Shown: positions 13,271 through 25,932, numbered from the whole stretch's first letter. The stretch is DNA of 63,593 nucleotides, filler included, from Octopus bimaculoides (GCF_001194135.2; 6 parts of 6 records of this genome joined end to end with filler, not necessarily neighbours in it), one strand, 5' to 3'. Notes: a model not told the origin generated them from the letters alone. Program-made: numbers and translations.

Positions 13271-13719
13271 TGGTATATTTATTATGATCTGCATCAAATA
13301 TTAATACGTATATTACTGTTTATGACTGCGAACCTCACTGAAATGCCTGCTGACTTGTGAACATTTTATTGCTTAAACATATTTTCTGACTGTTACTTTG
13401 TAACTTTAAAGTTTCCTACCCCACTTTTATTTTTAATTTTTAACATCGATATGCAAACAATGTTTGCCATTTGAAGAAATATATTACAACATTTAAAAAA
13501 CGACCACATGCTTTGAGATCCAATTCAACCTTCCAAACAAATTCTCATATATAGAGTGTTCAAAACGTCTCTCTGCAATAAGTATTTTATTGCAAAATAA
13601 TTATTTAAAAGATGGCATAAGAATAAAAAACAATATATTAGATTTTACGAGACTTCAAAAAAGTACTGAAAGTGTCGTCTTTCATTTTCAACATTTTTTT
13701 TACAGCCGTGTGGGCAATC

Positions 13720-13819
13720 NNNNNNNNNNNNNNNNNNNNNNNNNNNNNNNNNNNNNNNNNNNNTTAATTAATTAANNNNNNNNNNNNNNNNNNNNNNNNN
13801 NNNNNNNNNNNNNNNNNNN
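13720..13819. other. Assembly spacer 44N-TTAATTAATTAA-44N (also at 33762-33861, 46805-46904, 55289-55388, 60638-60737)
   Basis: Five identical 100-nt constructs whose 12-mer has stops in all six frames. Scaffold-joining artefact. Confidence 0.97.
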
Positions 13820-13946
13820 TATATATTAATCATATATATATAAATATATATATAAATCATATATATATAAATATATATATAAACCATATTATATATATAT
13901 GTTTATATATACAATATATAATATATATATAATATTATAAAACGTT

Positions 13947-14011
<65 letters not shown>

Positions 14012-14724
14012 ACAACCACATAAAGGACAGGTAGATGTCTTATATGCATTGACAGACTGAAGGTAATTGAGGAAGACTTTCTAAAGGTTTTTGATAAATT
14101 CTCAACAGGAATGAAACAAAACTTGTCACACCTGAGATATCGTTGACTGCACGTTTGTGTCATTTAAAGATATCAACGAAGGATAAATGCTCTGTGTTTG
14201 GGATATAATAGTAAAAGAAAAAAAAAATCATCGAAGCTTTTCATATAAATGAGGCAGATCTGTCATGACATTCTTTGAGAGGTCGGATATAGATATAGAA
14301 AGACTTGAACTATTCGTCTTTCTTTTTCATAATTACAGAACTTTTGATATTTAAATATTCCACAGTAGACATTGATGATCGACGCAGAACCAGAAATAAT
14401 CTTCCTGAGTAGAAACTGCAATGCAGTGTGTTGAGGCGTTGAGGCTTGTCCGTTTCACTTATATTTCAAATTCTCGTGCAACTTGAATGAAAGTAAAAGC
14501 TTCCGATTTCATCTCTCTTAAAATACAGTTTCGTTTAAACAACTCAGAAGTTAACACTTCTTTTGGAAATAAAGCAGAAATGATACAGTGTTGGGTCTAA
14601 AAACTTTATAGTATTTATGTTCAACTATCTACGCTTAATTTCGAATCTGTTTTTGAATCGACTTGACATTTCATTCTCAATAAATAGAAACTGTATAGCA
14701 GTAGTAGTCTCAGAGTAGAATTAC

Positions 14725-14886
14725 TCTGTTTCTCTATGGTTAAGACGTTTGCTTCCCAACAATGCGGTTCTGGGTTCAGTCCCATTGCATGTCACCTTCA
14801 GCAACGTCTTCTGATATAGCTTCGCGCCCACCTAAGACTTGTGATTTCGTAAACGGAAATTGAAAGAAGCCCCTCGGATATATATA
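14725..14886 (+). mobile_element. SINE family A head fragment
   Basis: GGTTCTGGGTTCAGTCCCATTGC...GTCTTCTGATATAGC...ACGGAAATTGAAAGAAGCCC, then (TA)n. Confidence 0.8.
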
Positions 14887-17352
14887 NNNNNNNNNNNNNN
14901 NNNNNNNNNNNNNNNNNNNNNNNNNNNNNNNNNNNNNNNNNNNNNNNNNNNNNNNNNNNNNNNNNNNNNNNNNNNNNNNNNNNNNNNNNNNNNNNNNNNN
15001 NNNNNNNNNNNNNNNNNNNNNNNNNNNNNNNNNNNNNNNNNNNNNNNNNNNNNNNNNNNNNNNNNNNNNNNNNNNNNNNNNNNNNNNNNNNNNNNNNNNN
15101 NNNNNNNNNNNNNNNNNNNNNNNNNNNNNNNNNNNNNNNNNNNNNNNNNNNNNNNNNNNNNNNNNNNNNNNNNNNNNNNNNNNNNNNNNNNNNNNNNNNN
15201 NNNNNNNNNNNNNNNNNNNNNNNNNNNNNNNNNNNNNNNNNNNNNNNNNNNNNNNNNNNNNNNNNNNNNNNNNNNNNNNNNNNNNNNNNNNNNNNNNNNN
15301 NNNNNNNNNNNNNNNNNNNNNNNNNNNTATATATATATGGGCTAAATTTGACGATATATTATGTTTTTTTGAGGAAGAGTGTGATGTATTAATAGTCAAT
15401 GGCGTTAGAGAGCATAAAGATTAAACTAGTACTTGAGAAAATGGTAAAACTGTTACTTAGCTGACCTGGAGGTCTAGAAACCACCTGAATATTGGAAAAG
15501 AGTATCATGATGCTTCGCACCGAGTATCAAAATGCTGAAATCATGAATGCTGCTTAGCGTTCGGTAAACACCGTAAACGCTTTCAGACGTGACACGCACA
15601 GCTGCAACGGAGACTACGAAGCTTTAACCGACAGAAAGGGACACAGTAGGTGCATCTCATGACTGAAACAAGTAAATAATAAGAGATAAAGAATCTGCTG
15701 AAGCCTTCCGTCTGGAGAAGGATATAGTAAACGCCAATAGGAAGGACACAACAACCACAAGGTTTTGAACTCTCCTCGCGCGCGCAATGACGGAAAATTT
15801 CTACTCATCGCAAATAAACAATAATGTATATAGATTTATAATTCTATGGAACAGCATTCATCACTCCTTAGCAACATCTCTATAACCGACCAGGCCACCA
15901 TCACTACCTCCCCCGACCACTAGCAGACATTTCAATGAAAACAATCACACGGAGAAAAAAACGCCATTGCAAGAGGTGACGGAATTACGCAAGAACAGTG
16001 TTTCGCAAGGAAATGAATTAACAATTTTAAACTGATCCCATTGATGCTTCCCAGATAAGCTTTTGCTATTATGTCGTGAACGAATTATTGCTAAAAGCAT
16101 CTAATTAATCTCATCAATAATTTTTAATTCGGTACATTATGATAAAATCAAAGGTTGTGAAGAGGTTTACTCTATATTTGTACTTGAAGTATTTCGTTGT
16201 TTTTTGTATTTTATTATTAATTTTTCTCTTTAAAGGTTCATTGCAATCATTCAACAAAAAAAAAAAAGTGTTAAAATTTAACAAAAGAAAATTGTTAAAA
16301 TAAATATTCTTAGTAATTAAATCGTGGCAAATATATTATTCTTAAAATGGGATTTAATTATTTACGCTGGTAAATTAAATTATATTTCATTCTAATGTGA
16401 GTTTCCTGTTTCTCATATAACTTTCGCTTTTATCATCTCATTCAAGTAGAGAAACTTCTACGGTCATTCATCATATGCTTTTTATTTTGTTTTCAGTTTG
16501 GAAAGACACCCCTCCCCTTAAAACAGTCACTGAAACAATAAAAACAGTTAAAATAATAACTACAACAAACATCATTAAGTATGCAGTTCAGAAGATATCA
16601 AATTCTAACCCTAGAACGAACATTGTATCTGCGGTTGCTCATAGAGGTGATGATGATGATGATGATGATGATGGTGATGATATTGTCTTCTTTCTTTTAG
16701 GAATCAATATATTTTCAGAGTAGGTTTACTGTGAGTAAATTACAAGAGATACACAGAATCATTCTTTATATGATGATTATATCGAACCCTGAAGGAATCT
16801 TTTGTAAGCTTTCTATTATTTTCGAACTCTATATATTTTCCACTTATACACTCTGATATTTTTTCCTGTTCTCGGAACATCATTTTAGAGCATCTAATTT
16901 GTTCTTCTCTCCGCTAACTTTTCTTTTTTATACGTAATACCATTTTTATGACTTTTTACCATATTCAAGTTTTCTTTAGAGGATTTTCTTTTTCTACGGG
17001 TTTATTTTTGTTTTTTACCTTTCATTTTATATTTAACATTTTGTGAAACAACCCTACATTTTCCATTCATTTCCACCCTCCATTCCATTAATTATTCTCA
17101 GTCAGCCCCGCTACCCACATGCTCATCACACTCACTACTTCTCTCATACAGTAAGCAAAACACCTGCACATTCAAATGTACTCCTACTTACAAAAGACAC
17201 ACACACACGCACCCATACATTTAAATGCAGACACATACATTCATGAATAAACTCATACACAACAGTTATACACTATTATAGTTACCTCTTTATTTTCTCC
17301 TTCATTCACCCACTTATTCACGCAATGAGAGTGAGCGCGTGAATAACTGAAT

Positions 17353-17390
<38 letters not shown>

Positions 17391-17618
17391 NNNNNNNNNN
17401 TATATATATATATATATATATAAGCTTATGTACACATATAATATGAAACTCTATTGCACATGCACACCAAGTTATAATGTTTTCGCTCACTTCCGTCCTA
17501 TATAAGTATAATCATATATTTAGTGAAAATATATTCCTTTACAACTTCTTCAAAAATTCATTGTCTGGAAATTCTGAATGAGCTACAATAAACTCAATAT
17601 TCTTCACTTAGAATGACC

Positions 17619-17820
17619 AGGCTGAGGAGTGGCCGTGTGGTGAGAAGTTCGCTTCTTAACCATAAGGTTCCAGGTTCAGTATCGTTACGTGGAACTTTGA
17701 GCAAGAGTCTTTTGATAGAGCCTTTGACCTGCCAAACCGTTGTGAGTGGATCTGTTAGACGGAAACTAAAAGAAGACCATCGTATATATATATATGTGTG
17801 TGTGTGTGTATGTGTGTGTG
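17619..17820 (+). mobile_element. SINE family A head fragment
   Basis: AGGAGTGGCCGTGTGG...GGTTCAGT...GACGGAAACTAAAAGAAGACCATCGTATAT. Confidence 0.8.
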
Positions 17821-17854
17821 TCCAGAAAGGAGGTCACTAGTATTCTAAGACCTG

Positions 17855-18000
17855 AAGGCGGCGAGTTGTTAGCAAGCAGGTCGACTTTGCCTTTCATCCT
17901 TTCCAGTTCGATAAAACTAGTACCAGCTGAATAATGGGGTAGATTTAATCGACTTAGCCTATGCCCCGAACTTGTTCTTGTGCCAAAATTTGAAACCAAT
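17855..18000 (+). mobile_element. SINE family B, internally deleted
   Basis: AAGGCGGCGAGTT joined directly to GGTCGACTTTGCCTTTCATCCTTT...AGTACCAG. Confidence 0.75.
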
Positions 18001-20265
18001 ATTTTTAGATCTCTATTACAAAAAAAGGTTGACCATGCGAGGCATTCATTGAAACAATTCACAGAGAAATAACATATAACCAAATATGGACTTAAGGTTC
18101 TAACATGATATGCGCTATCTCCTAGTAAATGACTTAAAACGCTGAGAAATGCTTTATAGCTTATATATTGGTTTGTCATAAATTCACTCGTGTTTTTCCT
18201 ACTTGGCACTCCATTGTCATATATCGAAAAAGAGGTACAGTTTATTCAAATTATAGAAACTAGGAACAAAATTTGTAGAGGAAGAATAGAGCTCCACCGC
18301 TCTCCAGTAAACACTACATTAGAAATATTTTTCATGTTAATTGAAATAACATTGGAGAGAATTAAAATATACAGAAATAAAGCAAAGAGTACAGAAATGA
18401 ACGAATTCATCTGGTAACCCAATAAAATCTAGTGTATTATAAACACACAGTCATCTGAAAGGAGAAGCTATTTTCCTATGACGAAACAACGGCAATTAAT
18501 ATATTCGCGTTCGAATCTGCCCGAAAAAAATTTAGAATAAATTTACAAGTAATCTTTCTAATGTATTAGTTGCATCAATTCTTACAAAACCAGCGCATCT
18601 AAAAGTTGCAACTGTTAAAATGTCTGGAGAGCTACAACATAGTTCAGAGTTTATACATTCTATCCAAATCCTCGAGGAGACAACCGCAAGTTTCATATTA
18701 ACAAGCTATATTAATTAGGCGTCTACAGTTCAGAAATCAATATTCCTTTGAAGTTTCTCTCATCTAAATGTCAGATGCCGCCCATCGCTCTTTTATACTG
18801 TTTACTTCTGTCTTAATTACAGCAGTTTTTCTATATTTATGACTGACTATGTAGTTCTACTTCTCCAGAAAAATATTAAATACTTTCTTTTCATTCTGCT
18901 CTACTTTCTTTAATATTATTTTAATGTCTTCTACACTGTCTTTCTTGTGTATATATTTTTGTGCAACGTTTCAAAGAGACTAAAACATAATTTGTACATA
19001 ATTTAACTATCGAAAACATACGCAAAAACAAAAATAATAATTTTATCAAATTATATATGTACATAGAATATACATAGCTGGGGGAAATGAAAGTTTTGAA
19101 ACAGGTTTACGGCATCTAAATATGTAGCACGCTGATAGTAATACACCTGACAAAACCGTTTTGTCTCGCCTCTAACTTAGTATAATCACAATCATGTCGG
19201 TGGATGAAACACGAACTTGCAATCCTCCTGGGTGAAGAATAGACGACGTAATCGTTTGACAACAATATAACTTGTATAAATATGACACATAATTATTCTA
19301 AAGATTATGAAATATAAATATATGGATGCTTTCAAAGATTCGTCAAAATCTACTCTACACATTTTCGGTTTATTCACTGTTTCAATGAATGCCATTATTA
19401 TAGTTAAATGAAACTTATTCACCTGAGATGATGGTAATTGTATCTTAAAAGATTTTTGGGATATTTTCGAAATGAGCAGTGATCAATAATTTTGAAATAT
19501 TTCCGACAATATTGTATGTAATCTGTCAACTATTTATTGATCTGTGCATTATATCTATAGAATTCAAGCTGGAAATTACATGAAATGATTAATAGACCAA
19601 AGCAAGCATATTCTCAGTCTTCGGTACGAATGGAAAACATGATTTATATATTATCAAATGCAAAGAGTAACACAGAAGAATTACGCAACGTAACATCCTG
19701 TAAATATACAATATTGCCATTCAATAGATGTAGATGATATATGAAGTCTTTGTCACAGAGAAAGAGGAAGCAAAGCTGATTTGCTTCCATTAGTCAGTAC
19801 ACCAATGTTTTCATGAAAGGAAACATAATCGATCGGAGCCAACGCTATTTGAACTTACTGCTGCTGTATACCCTCAGGTAAGCAAGTTGTTAGTGACAAA
19901 GGCGATTGTATTTGGCAACAAATAAGATGAATTTAGATAATATAGTTAGTGTAATTATTTACTTTATCAGACAACTCATCACAATTGAGGCTTAAAATAT
20001 AAATGTTTGTAATCATGAATGTATCACATATTAGTCTTCTTTGATATTTCATACTACTTTGGCTTTGTGTTTTATATTTACCCAACATTTTGGATGGTGG
20101 AACATTCGTTTGTTGTCATTATACATTCTAACAACAACCAGTTCTTTGAGAAATATCTGATCCACAAGTTCTTCCCTAAAGTACTACTCTTTATAAAATA
20201 CCTTGAATTTACATAAAATATTAACGCAGTACATCATACTATATTATGTTCTAAAGCCTACTCTT

Positions 20266-20490
20266 GGGCGGCGAACAGGCAGAGTCGTTAATGCGTCAGA
20301 TCAAAAATGCTTAACGGCTACTTGTTCCGGCTCATTATATTCCAAGTTCAAATTCCGTCGAGGTCGACTTTGCCTTTCATTCTTTCGTGGTCGATAAAAT
20401 AAGTACCAGTTGTGCACTGGAGCCGATATTATCGTTTCGTTCCGTCTTTCTGAAAAATTTTAAAGGTTGTTCGTATGTTTCATAAATAAA
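20266..20490 (+). mobile_element. SINE family B
   Basis: GGCGGCGAACAGGCAGAGTCGTTA...GTTCAAATTCCGTCGAGGTCGACTTTGCCTTTCA...AAGTACCAG. Confidence 0.8.
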
Positions 20491-20849
20491 GTAGGTTTTA
20501 CTCAGAGTGTTTTGCGAATGAGCCTCATACCGCAACTGGCTTCCTTATGCGAAACGGAAGTACTTATTTCCTAAATGAAAACCACAGCAAATGAAGAGTT
20601 TTAGAAATAGTTGAATAAATAACATGAATAAAGCATAGACAAACATCCCCAAAAATGAGGAAAATAATGGATCTACTCCAATCACATAAAATATTTTATA
20701 ATTGCACTCTAAATTACACCGATACTAAACTGCATAGTACTGTTTTACTAGATAGGGTACTATTTCTAACAGTATTTATAATACCATCATCTTTCAATCA
20801 TGAGCGTTGTGAACAAGAACAAGACCAATAATGATAATAATAGTCTGGT

Positions 20850-21821
20850 AATATGCCATACGGTTGATTATTATTATGAAACTGCATGACATATTACTAG
20901 TCAATGTACACCACTAGCCCAGAAGGAATGTAAGAGACGTCATGAGAAGGATTGTTCATTGGGCACTTTGCAACAAGTATTGACTTGACAGAGCAAAATA
21001 GTGGTACGAACAAAAACCTGAAGGCATCATCGAAAATGATATTGTAAAGATTCAATAGGATCTTATGATTCAGTGTGACCATGAGATAGAGAATAGGAAA
21101 CCAGACATAGTGTTAATTGAGAAAGAAAGCAAATGATGCTGGATAAACTAGGTATGCGATAAGGAAGGTGGAGGCGCAATGGCCCAGTGGTTAGGGCAGC
21201 GGACTCGCGGTCATAGGATCGCGGTTTCGATTCCAAGACCGGGCGTTGTGAGTGTTTATTGAGCGAAAACACCAGAAACTTGTGTACTCTTCCACCACAA
21301 GTTTCTCTCACTCTAACGTCCTGTTTCTGTTGTACCTGTATTTCAAAGGGCCAGCCTTTTCACACTGTGTCACGCTGAATATGCCCGAGAACTACGTTAA
21401 GGGTACACGTGTCTGTAGAGTGCTCAGCCACTTGCACGTTAATTTTACGAGCAGGCTGTTCCGTTGATTGGATCAACTGGAACCCTCGACGTTGAAAGCG
21501 ACGGAGTACGATAAGGAAGAGAGAAAAGTCGATAGATATAACAGGTTAGCTTGGGAGGTTAAGCAATTGTGGTTGCTGAAAAAAGTGGTAGTAGTACTCA
21601 TAATTGTCGGAGCCCTGAGAACAGCAAGTAAAAACCTTGAGAAGTACATTGAACAAATACGTGCTGTAATAAGGGTGGAGTACTTGCAGTAAACAACACT
21701 GCTTCGAACCGATCGAATACTTCGGATGATGTTCGAAAAATAACGGGTGTTACCTTAGTTCGCTGGTAGTGAACGGCTGACACCATAGTATATTTCCAGT
21801 GTTAGAAGCTATGCAAAGATA

Positions 21822-21856
<35 letters not shown>

Positions 21857-21862
21857 GTAATA
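20850..21862 (+). mobile_element. R4/Dong-like non-LTR element 3' end (CCHC, restriction-like endonuclease), (TAA)n tail, split by a SINE
   Basis: ETA*HITSQCTPLAQKECKRRHE...WYEQKPEGIIEND...IENRKPDIVLIEK...[SINE]...DKEERKVDRY...LWLLKKVVVVLIIVGAL...LQ*TTLL...ILR, followed by (AAT)n at about 21820-21862. Confidence 0.85.
21168..21508 (+). mobile_element. tRNA-derived SINE family C, full length, 11-bp TSD
   Basis: Head GGAGGCGCAATGGCCCAGTGGTTAGGGCAGCGGACTCGCGG...GGTTTCGATTCC. CGATAAGGAAG is duplicated at 21157-21167 and 21509-21519. Confidence 0.9.
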
Positions 21863-22580
21863 AACACTCTGATGCAATACCAGGCGGTGGCTCTCCTATA
21901 TTCTGATGATAAATGACTGGAAGTGTTATATTTTACTGATTTGTCTTAGATGGGCTACAGCAAATATTTTGCAAAATACTATAGATTTTTCTTTTCAATT
22001 GCTTGACCTTAGCCAATTGATCATGTCCTTGAGTGGCTGACGATACGTCCACTCTGATCACAAGCGAGAGTAGTGGGGGAGCACCATAGCCATGTGCTGA
22101 GACAGACTCTGGGGTTTGAATAATTTAACCCTGGAAATATGGGTGGTCCTGATAAGTATATTGGACTTCGTATATTTGTACCCTGCGTCACTTTGATGGT
22201 GTGTGTTGTTCTCTAAATAATAATGATGATAACAGTTTCTGATTTAGAACAGGGCCAGCAATTTTAGAAGACGGTACCCATTTAATGCCATCCACCCCAG
22301 TACTTGACTGAAAGAAGGAAAGGCCAAATTAACGTCGGCACGATTTAAACTTAGAACATAAACGACCTGTAAAATATTAATAGCAATAACGATGATGAGG
22401 ATGATGATAATGTCTTTGCTAAACACAAGTGTTGAGAAAGATATCAAAAACGGTAGAGCATGATTTAGTGTGGGAATATACAAAACCCCTTGTGAACAAA
22501 GGAAACAATAAAAACAAGAATACCCAAGAACAACATCGCTCTTGTCCACCACTAATCGTTTCCTTTAGCATATTACCCTC

Positions 22581-22973
22581 TTATTTCTTTATTGCCCACA
22601 AGGGGCTAAACATAGAAGGGACAAACAAGGATAGACAAAGGACCAAGTCTATTACATCGACCCCAACGCGTAACTGGTACTTAATTTATCGACTCCAAAA
22701 GGATGAAAGGCAAAGTCAACCTCAGCGGAATTTGAACTCAGAACGCAACGGCAGACGAAATACCGCCAAGTATTTCGCCCGGTGTGCTAACGTTTCTGCC
22801 AACTCGCCGCCTTGATTACATCGACCCAGTGCGTAACTGGTACTGTTTTTATCGACCTCGAAAGGATGCAGGCAAAGTCGACCTCGGTGGAATTTGAACT
22901 CAGAACGTAGCGGCAGACGAAATACCGCTAAGCATTTCGCCCGGCGCGCTAACCTTTCTGCCAGCTCGCCGCC
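22581..22973 (-). mobile_element. Head-to-tail pair of SINE family B copies (22581-22813 full; 22814-22973 tail-less)
   Basis: Two near-identical runs of GGCGGCGAG(C/T)TGGCAGAAA...GAGTTCAAATTCC...AGTACCAGTTACGC. Confidence 0.92.
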
Positions 22974-22989
22974 TCTTGGTAGAAGACTG

Positions 22990-23200
22990 TGAACGCTTGA
23001 GAACGAGCTGATACAAGCGCTCTGTCTCAGGCTTACCGTGACTTAGGACTGTGGGAAAATATGCTTGGAATCGGTGGAGATGTCGCAACTTCATCGTATG
23101 CTTGCTTACCATCAAAAACAGAATGCTCAGCCCTCCACGCAATGAGTATTAACAATATGGAATGCCTTCAGCAGAAATTGAAAGAGTATACCTTCCAGTC
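22990..23200 (-). pseudogene. Degenerate Tx1-like post-RT fragment
   Basis: RHSI/C*YSLRGGLSILFLMVSKHTMKLRHL resembles the 'GGLG.P......ALRLRHL' region of L1/Tx1 ORF2. Confidence 0.35.
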
Positions 23201-25499
23201 TGGCCAAATGTGAAAGGCACAAATGTCATGCGGTAATAATTGACGCAGACGATACAGATATTCGCCATCGTCAACAAATGCTAAGCACTTTGCTAACACT
23301 CTGGCCCAAATCCTGAAGTCTGGATTTAGCAGAATTATGAGCCGAAAATTATTAATGGGGTCCCCCTTTTAGTGTGTTTTCTAAGCAGCACTACTGCTCT
23401 GTGACTCACAGATTCAGGGAATCTTCTGTTCTGTTTCTGCTGCAAATTGCAGTAGATATCCACGAAATAGGTTTTGCGCTTAAAAATAAATCTCAAAGTC
23501 AGGTGATTTGTCACCCCACCCATTGTTCTTTTGTGGTTATTTTGCTACGTCTGTTTCTTAAGCATTAATTGTTTATTTCTCTTTTCACTTAGTGATCCAC
23601 AATCAGTACTTAGCATCTTTATCTTTACAGTGTAATGCTGATTTGCAGGAAATACGTTAGAAAGAAAATATATCCTAGAAGAATCTTATTACATCTTGGA
23701 TGGAACACATATAATCCAAGAATTTTAAGAAATGCCAAAGTGCTCACAATGTTTCGCTGGTTCAACATTAAGTATTGTACAGGCATATTATAAATATAAA
23801 ATAACACCATAAAATATCACTTCTTTCTGTTATTATTACTAACTATAAAACATCTACAAAATATCTTACTATTAACTTTCATTTGATGCTACACCTCATT
23901 TGACTTTGTTGTTTTAAGCCAAATACCTCTTTTAAGCTTTCAATACATTTTTCCGCATTGCCAGATTACTTTCTAAGCTTTATATGTTATGGCAATGCTA
24001 TATAGATGAAATTTCGAAGTGTTTTAGTAACCTGTACACTCTGCAATTACTTCAAAATACGGCAGTTCGGCTTCCAAAAAATTTGCACAGTTCTGTACGT
24101 CACATCTGTAGACAATCTGGTGCGTGTAACAAATATTTTTTGTGTTTGCTTATCATTTTACAATTTAAGTTCAAACTGAAATCAAACGACATGCAGGTGT
24201 TTAAACGCAAAATTGGGATTTTCCCCCGATATTTATCCAATATATAACATTACTAAGTTATCTTGAACAAATAAAATACATTATTTCTTTTTTCAACTTA
24301 TGGAAAGCATTTCAACGTAAGAGTATGTAGCTTGATATTAATGCATAAGAAAATATTTTAAAATGTCAACAAAAAAGATATCCAGAAGTTATTTATTGTT
24401 ACCTTGTGACAAAATAAATTGGAAATTATCTTTTAGTATTTAGATAACATATTTGCTTGAAGGTGGTTGTTTGTAATCCTGAGAAAAATAATCGGATCAC
24501 GCGTGACAATCTGTTATTACATTCACAGTGTCTGTAGCAGTTTTCTGATTTTATTGTAGTGAATTTGAACAAAAAACTATCTTGCATTGCATTGACACGT
24601 AAATATTTATTGATCAAGATATAAAGAATTTTATTTTCATTGATATAAAATACTTGTAATTGCATTAACAATGGATTGATAAAAACACAATTTATGTTTC
24701 AAAAGCTTCTGCATAAGACTATTTCATCTAAAAGCTATTCATTGGAATATTAAATGGATCCAATGGCAAAGAATTAGTAGAAGCACTATAGTAATGATTA
24801 AATTCCTTATAGTTTGTAGGTATGTCACTCTAGTTTCAAAGTTCAAATTCTACCAAGTTGATGGCTAAGTCATTCATATAAATAAAATCAGGTGTAAATA
24901 AGATAAGGAAATTGATTCATTCGTCCATATTTTTTCTACTTAAGAACTGCTTTTGTCAAATAAAATATGTTGAGGACATTGAAAGTATTGTAAGAAAACG
25001 ATCTTAATCCTCTCAGACTTGGGCCCCTGTGTCAAACTTAACACTCCACCTGGGCTCACGGGCAAAAAGAAATTGAATAGTTGAATATAAAGCTCAAAAG
25101 TAACGATTGCCAGCAAACTAATGGACAGAATCTTCTTCTCTGTGTGTTGTTTGTTACCGCTTTGCTTGGAATCCAGCGAAGATGATGTTTAACTTATCCC
25201 CGCTATGGTGGTGGAAATAGGGTGTGACAGGGCTAACGAAGCATAGTCGAATAGTATTAACTTAAGTGTTACTATTTCTGAGTGTGTACTTTGATATCTG
25301 TATATTTTTGCCTATTTAGTGAATTGTCAGGAAATGAGAAGCTGGGCCCATATGCCTTGTGAGTGAAAATGAAGACAAAGTATGATTCTTTAAAGACTAC
25401 AACACGGGGAGAAATTTTTAGAGTGAAATTCTGGGGTGTAACACCGGCTCTTAGTTGAGCTTCATAAAGATCAGCAATTGATGAGGAATGTAATATTCT

Positions 25500-25717
25500 C
25501 TTCTATTCTAGGCACAAGCCTCGAAATTTTTGGGGAGGAGCCAGTCGATTAGATTGACACCAGTTCGCAACTGGTACTTAATTTATCGGCCCCGAAAGTA
25601 TGAAAGGCAAAGTCGACCTCGGCGGAATTTGAACTCCGAACTCTGAAGGTAAAGACAGACGAAATACTGCTATGCATTTCGCTCGGCGTGCTAACGTTTT
25701 TGGTATCTTGCCGCCTT
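25500..25717 (-). mobile_element. SINE family B with alternative tail
   Basis: Same head and core as the 22.8-kb copies but a different 3' tail (minus-strand ...CTCCTCCCCAAAAATTTCGAGGCTTGTGCCTAGAATAGAA). Confidence 0.88.
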
Positions 25718-25794
25718 ATAAAGAATATAATATTGTATGGTCCTCAAGGCGGCGAGGGGGCAGAAACGTTAGTACACAGGGCGAAATCCATAGT

Positions 25795-25932
25795 TCGGGG
25801 ATAGAGAAAGTCTTTAACGTTTCAAGCCTACACTCTTCAACAGAAAGGAACACAGAAAGAAACAAGGAAAGAAAAAAAATGAGTGTAGTGGTCAGTGATC
25901 TATCATGGCGAATGCCGGATAGAAGGGTCACA

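Noticed and set aside
13764-13775. Recurring palindrome TTAATTAATTAA (5 copies), superficially like a regulatory or CRISPR-type repeat
   Set aside because: It is always centred in 44+44 N and is a synthetic six-frame-stop scaffold spacer.
15870-16010. RHFNENNH motif resembling a GIY-YIG C-terminus
   Set aside because: Too short and too degenerate to call.
21168-21245. tRNA-like sequence with A and B boxes
   Set aside because: It is the head of SINE C, continuing into the SINE body and bounded by a TSD, and I could not fold a full cloverleaf. It is not called as a tRNA gene.
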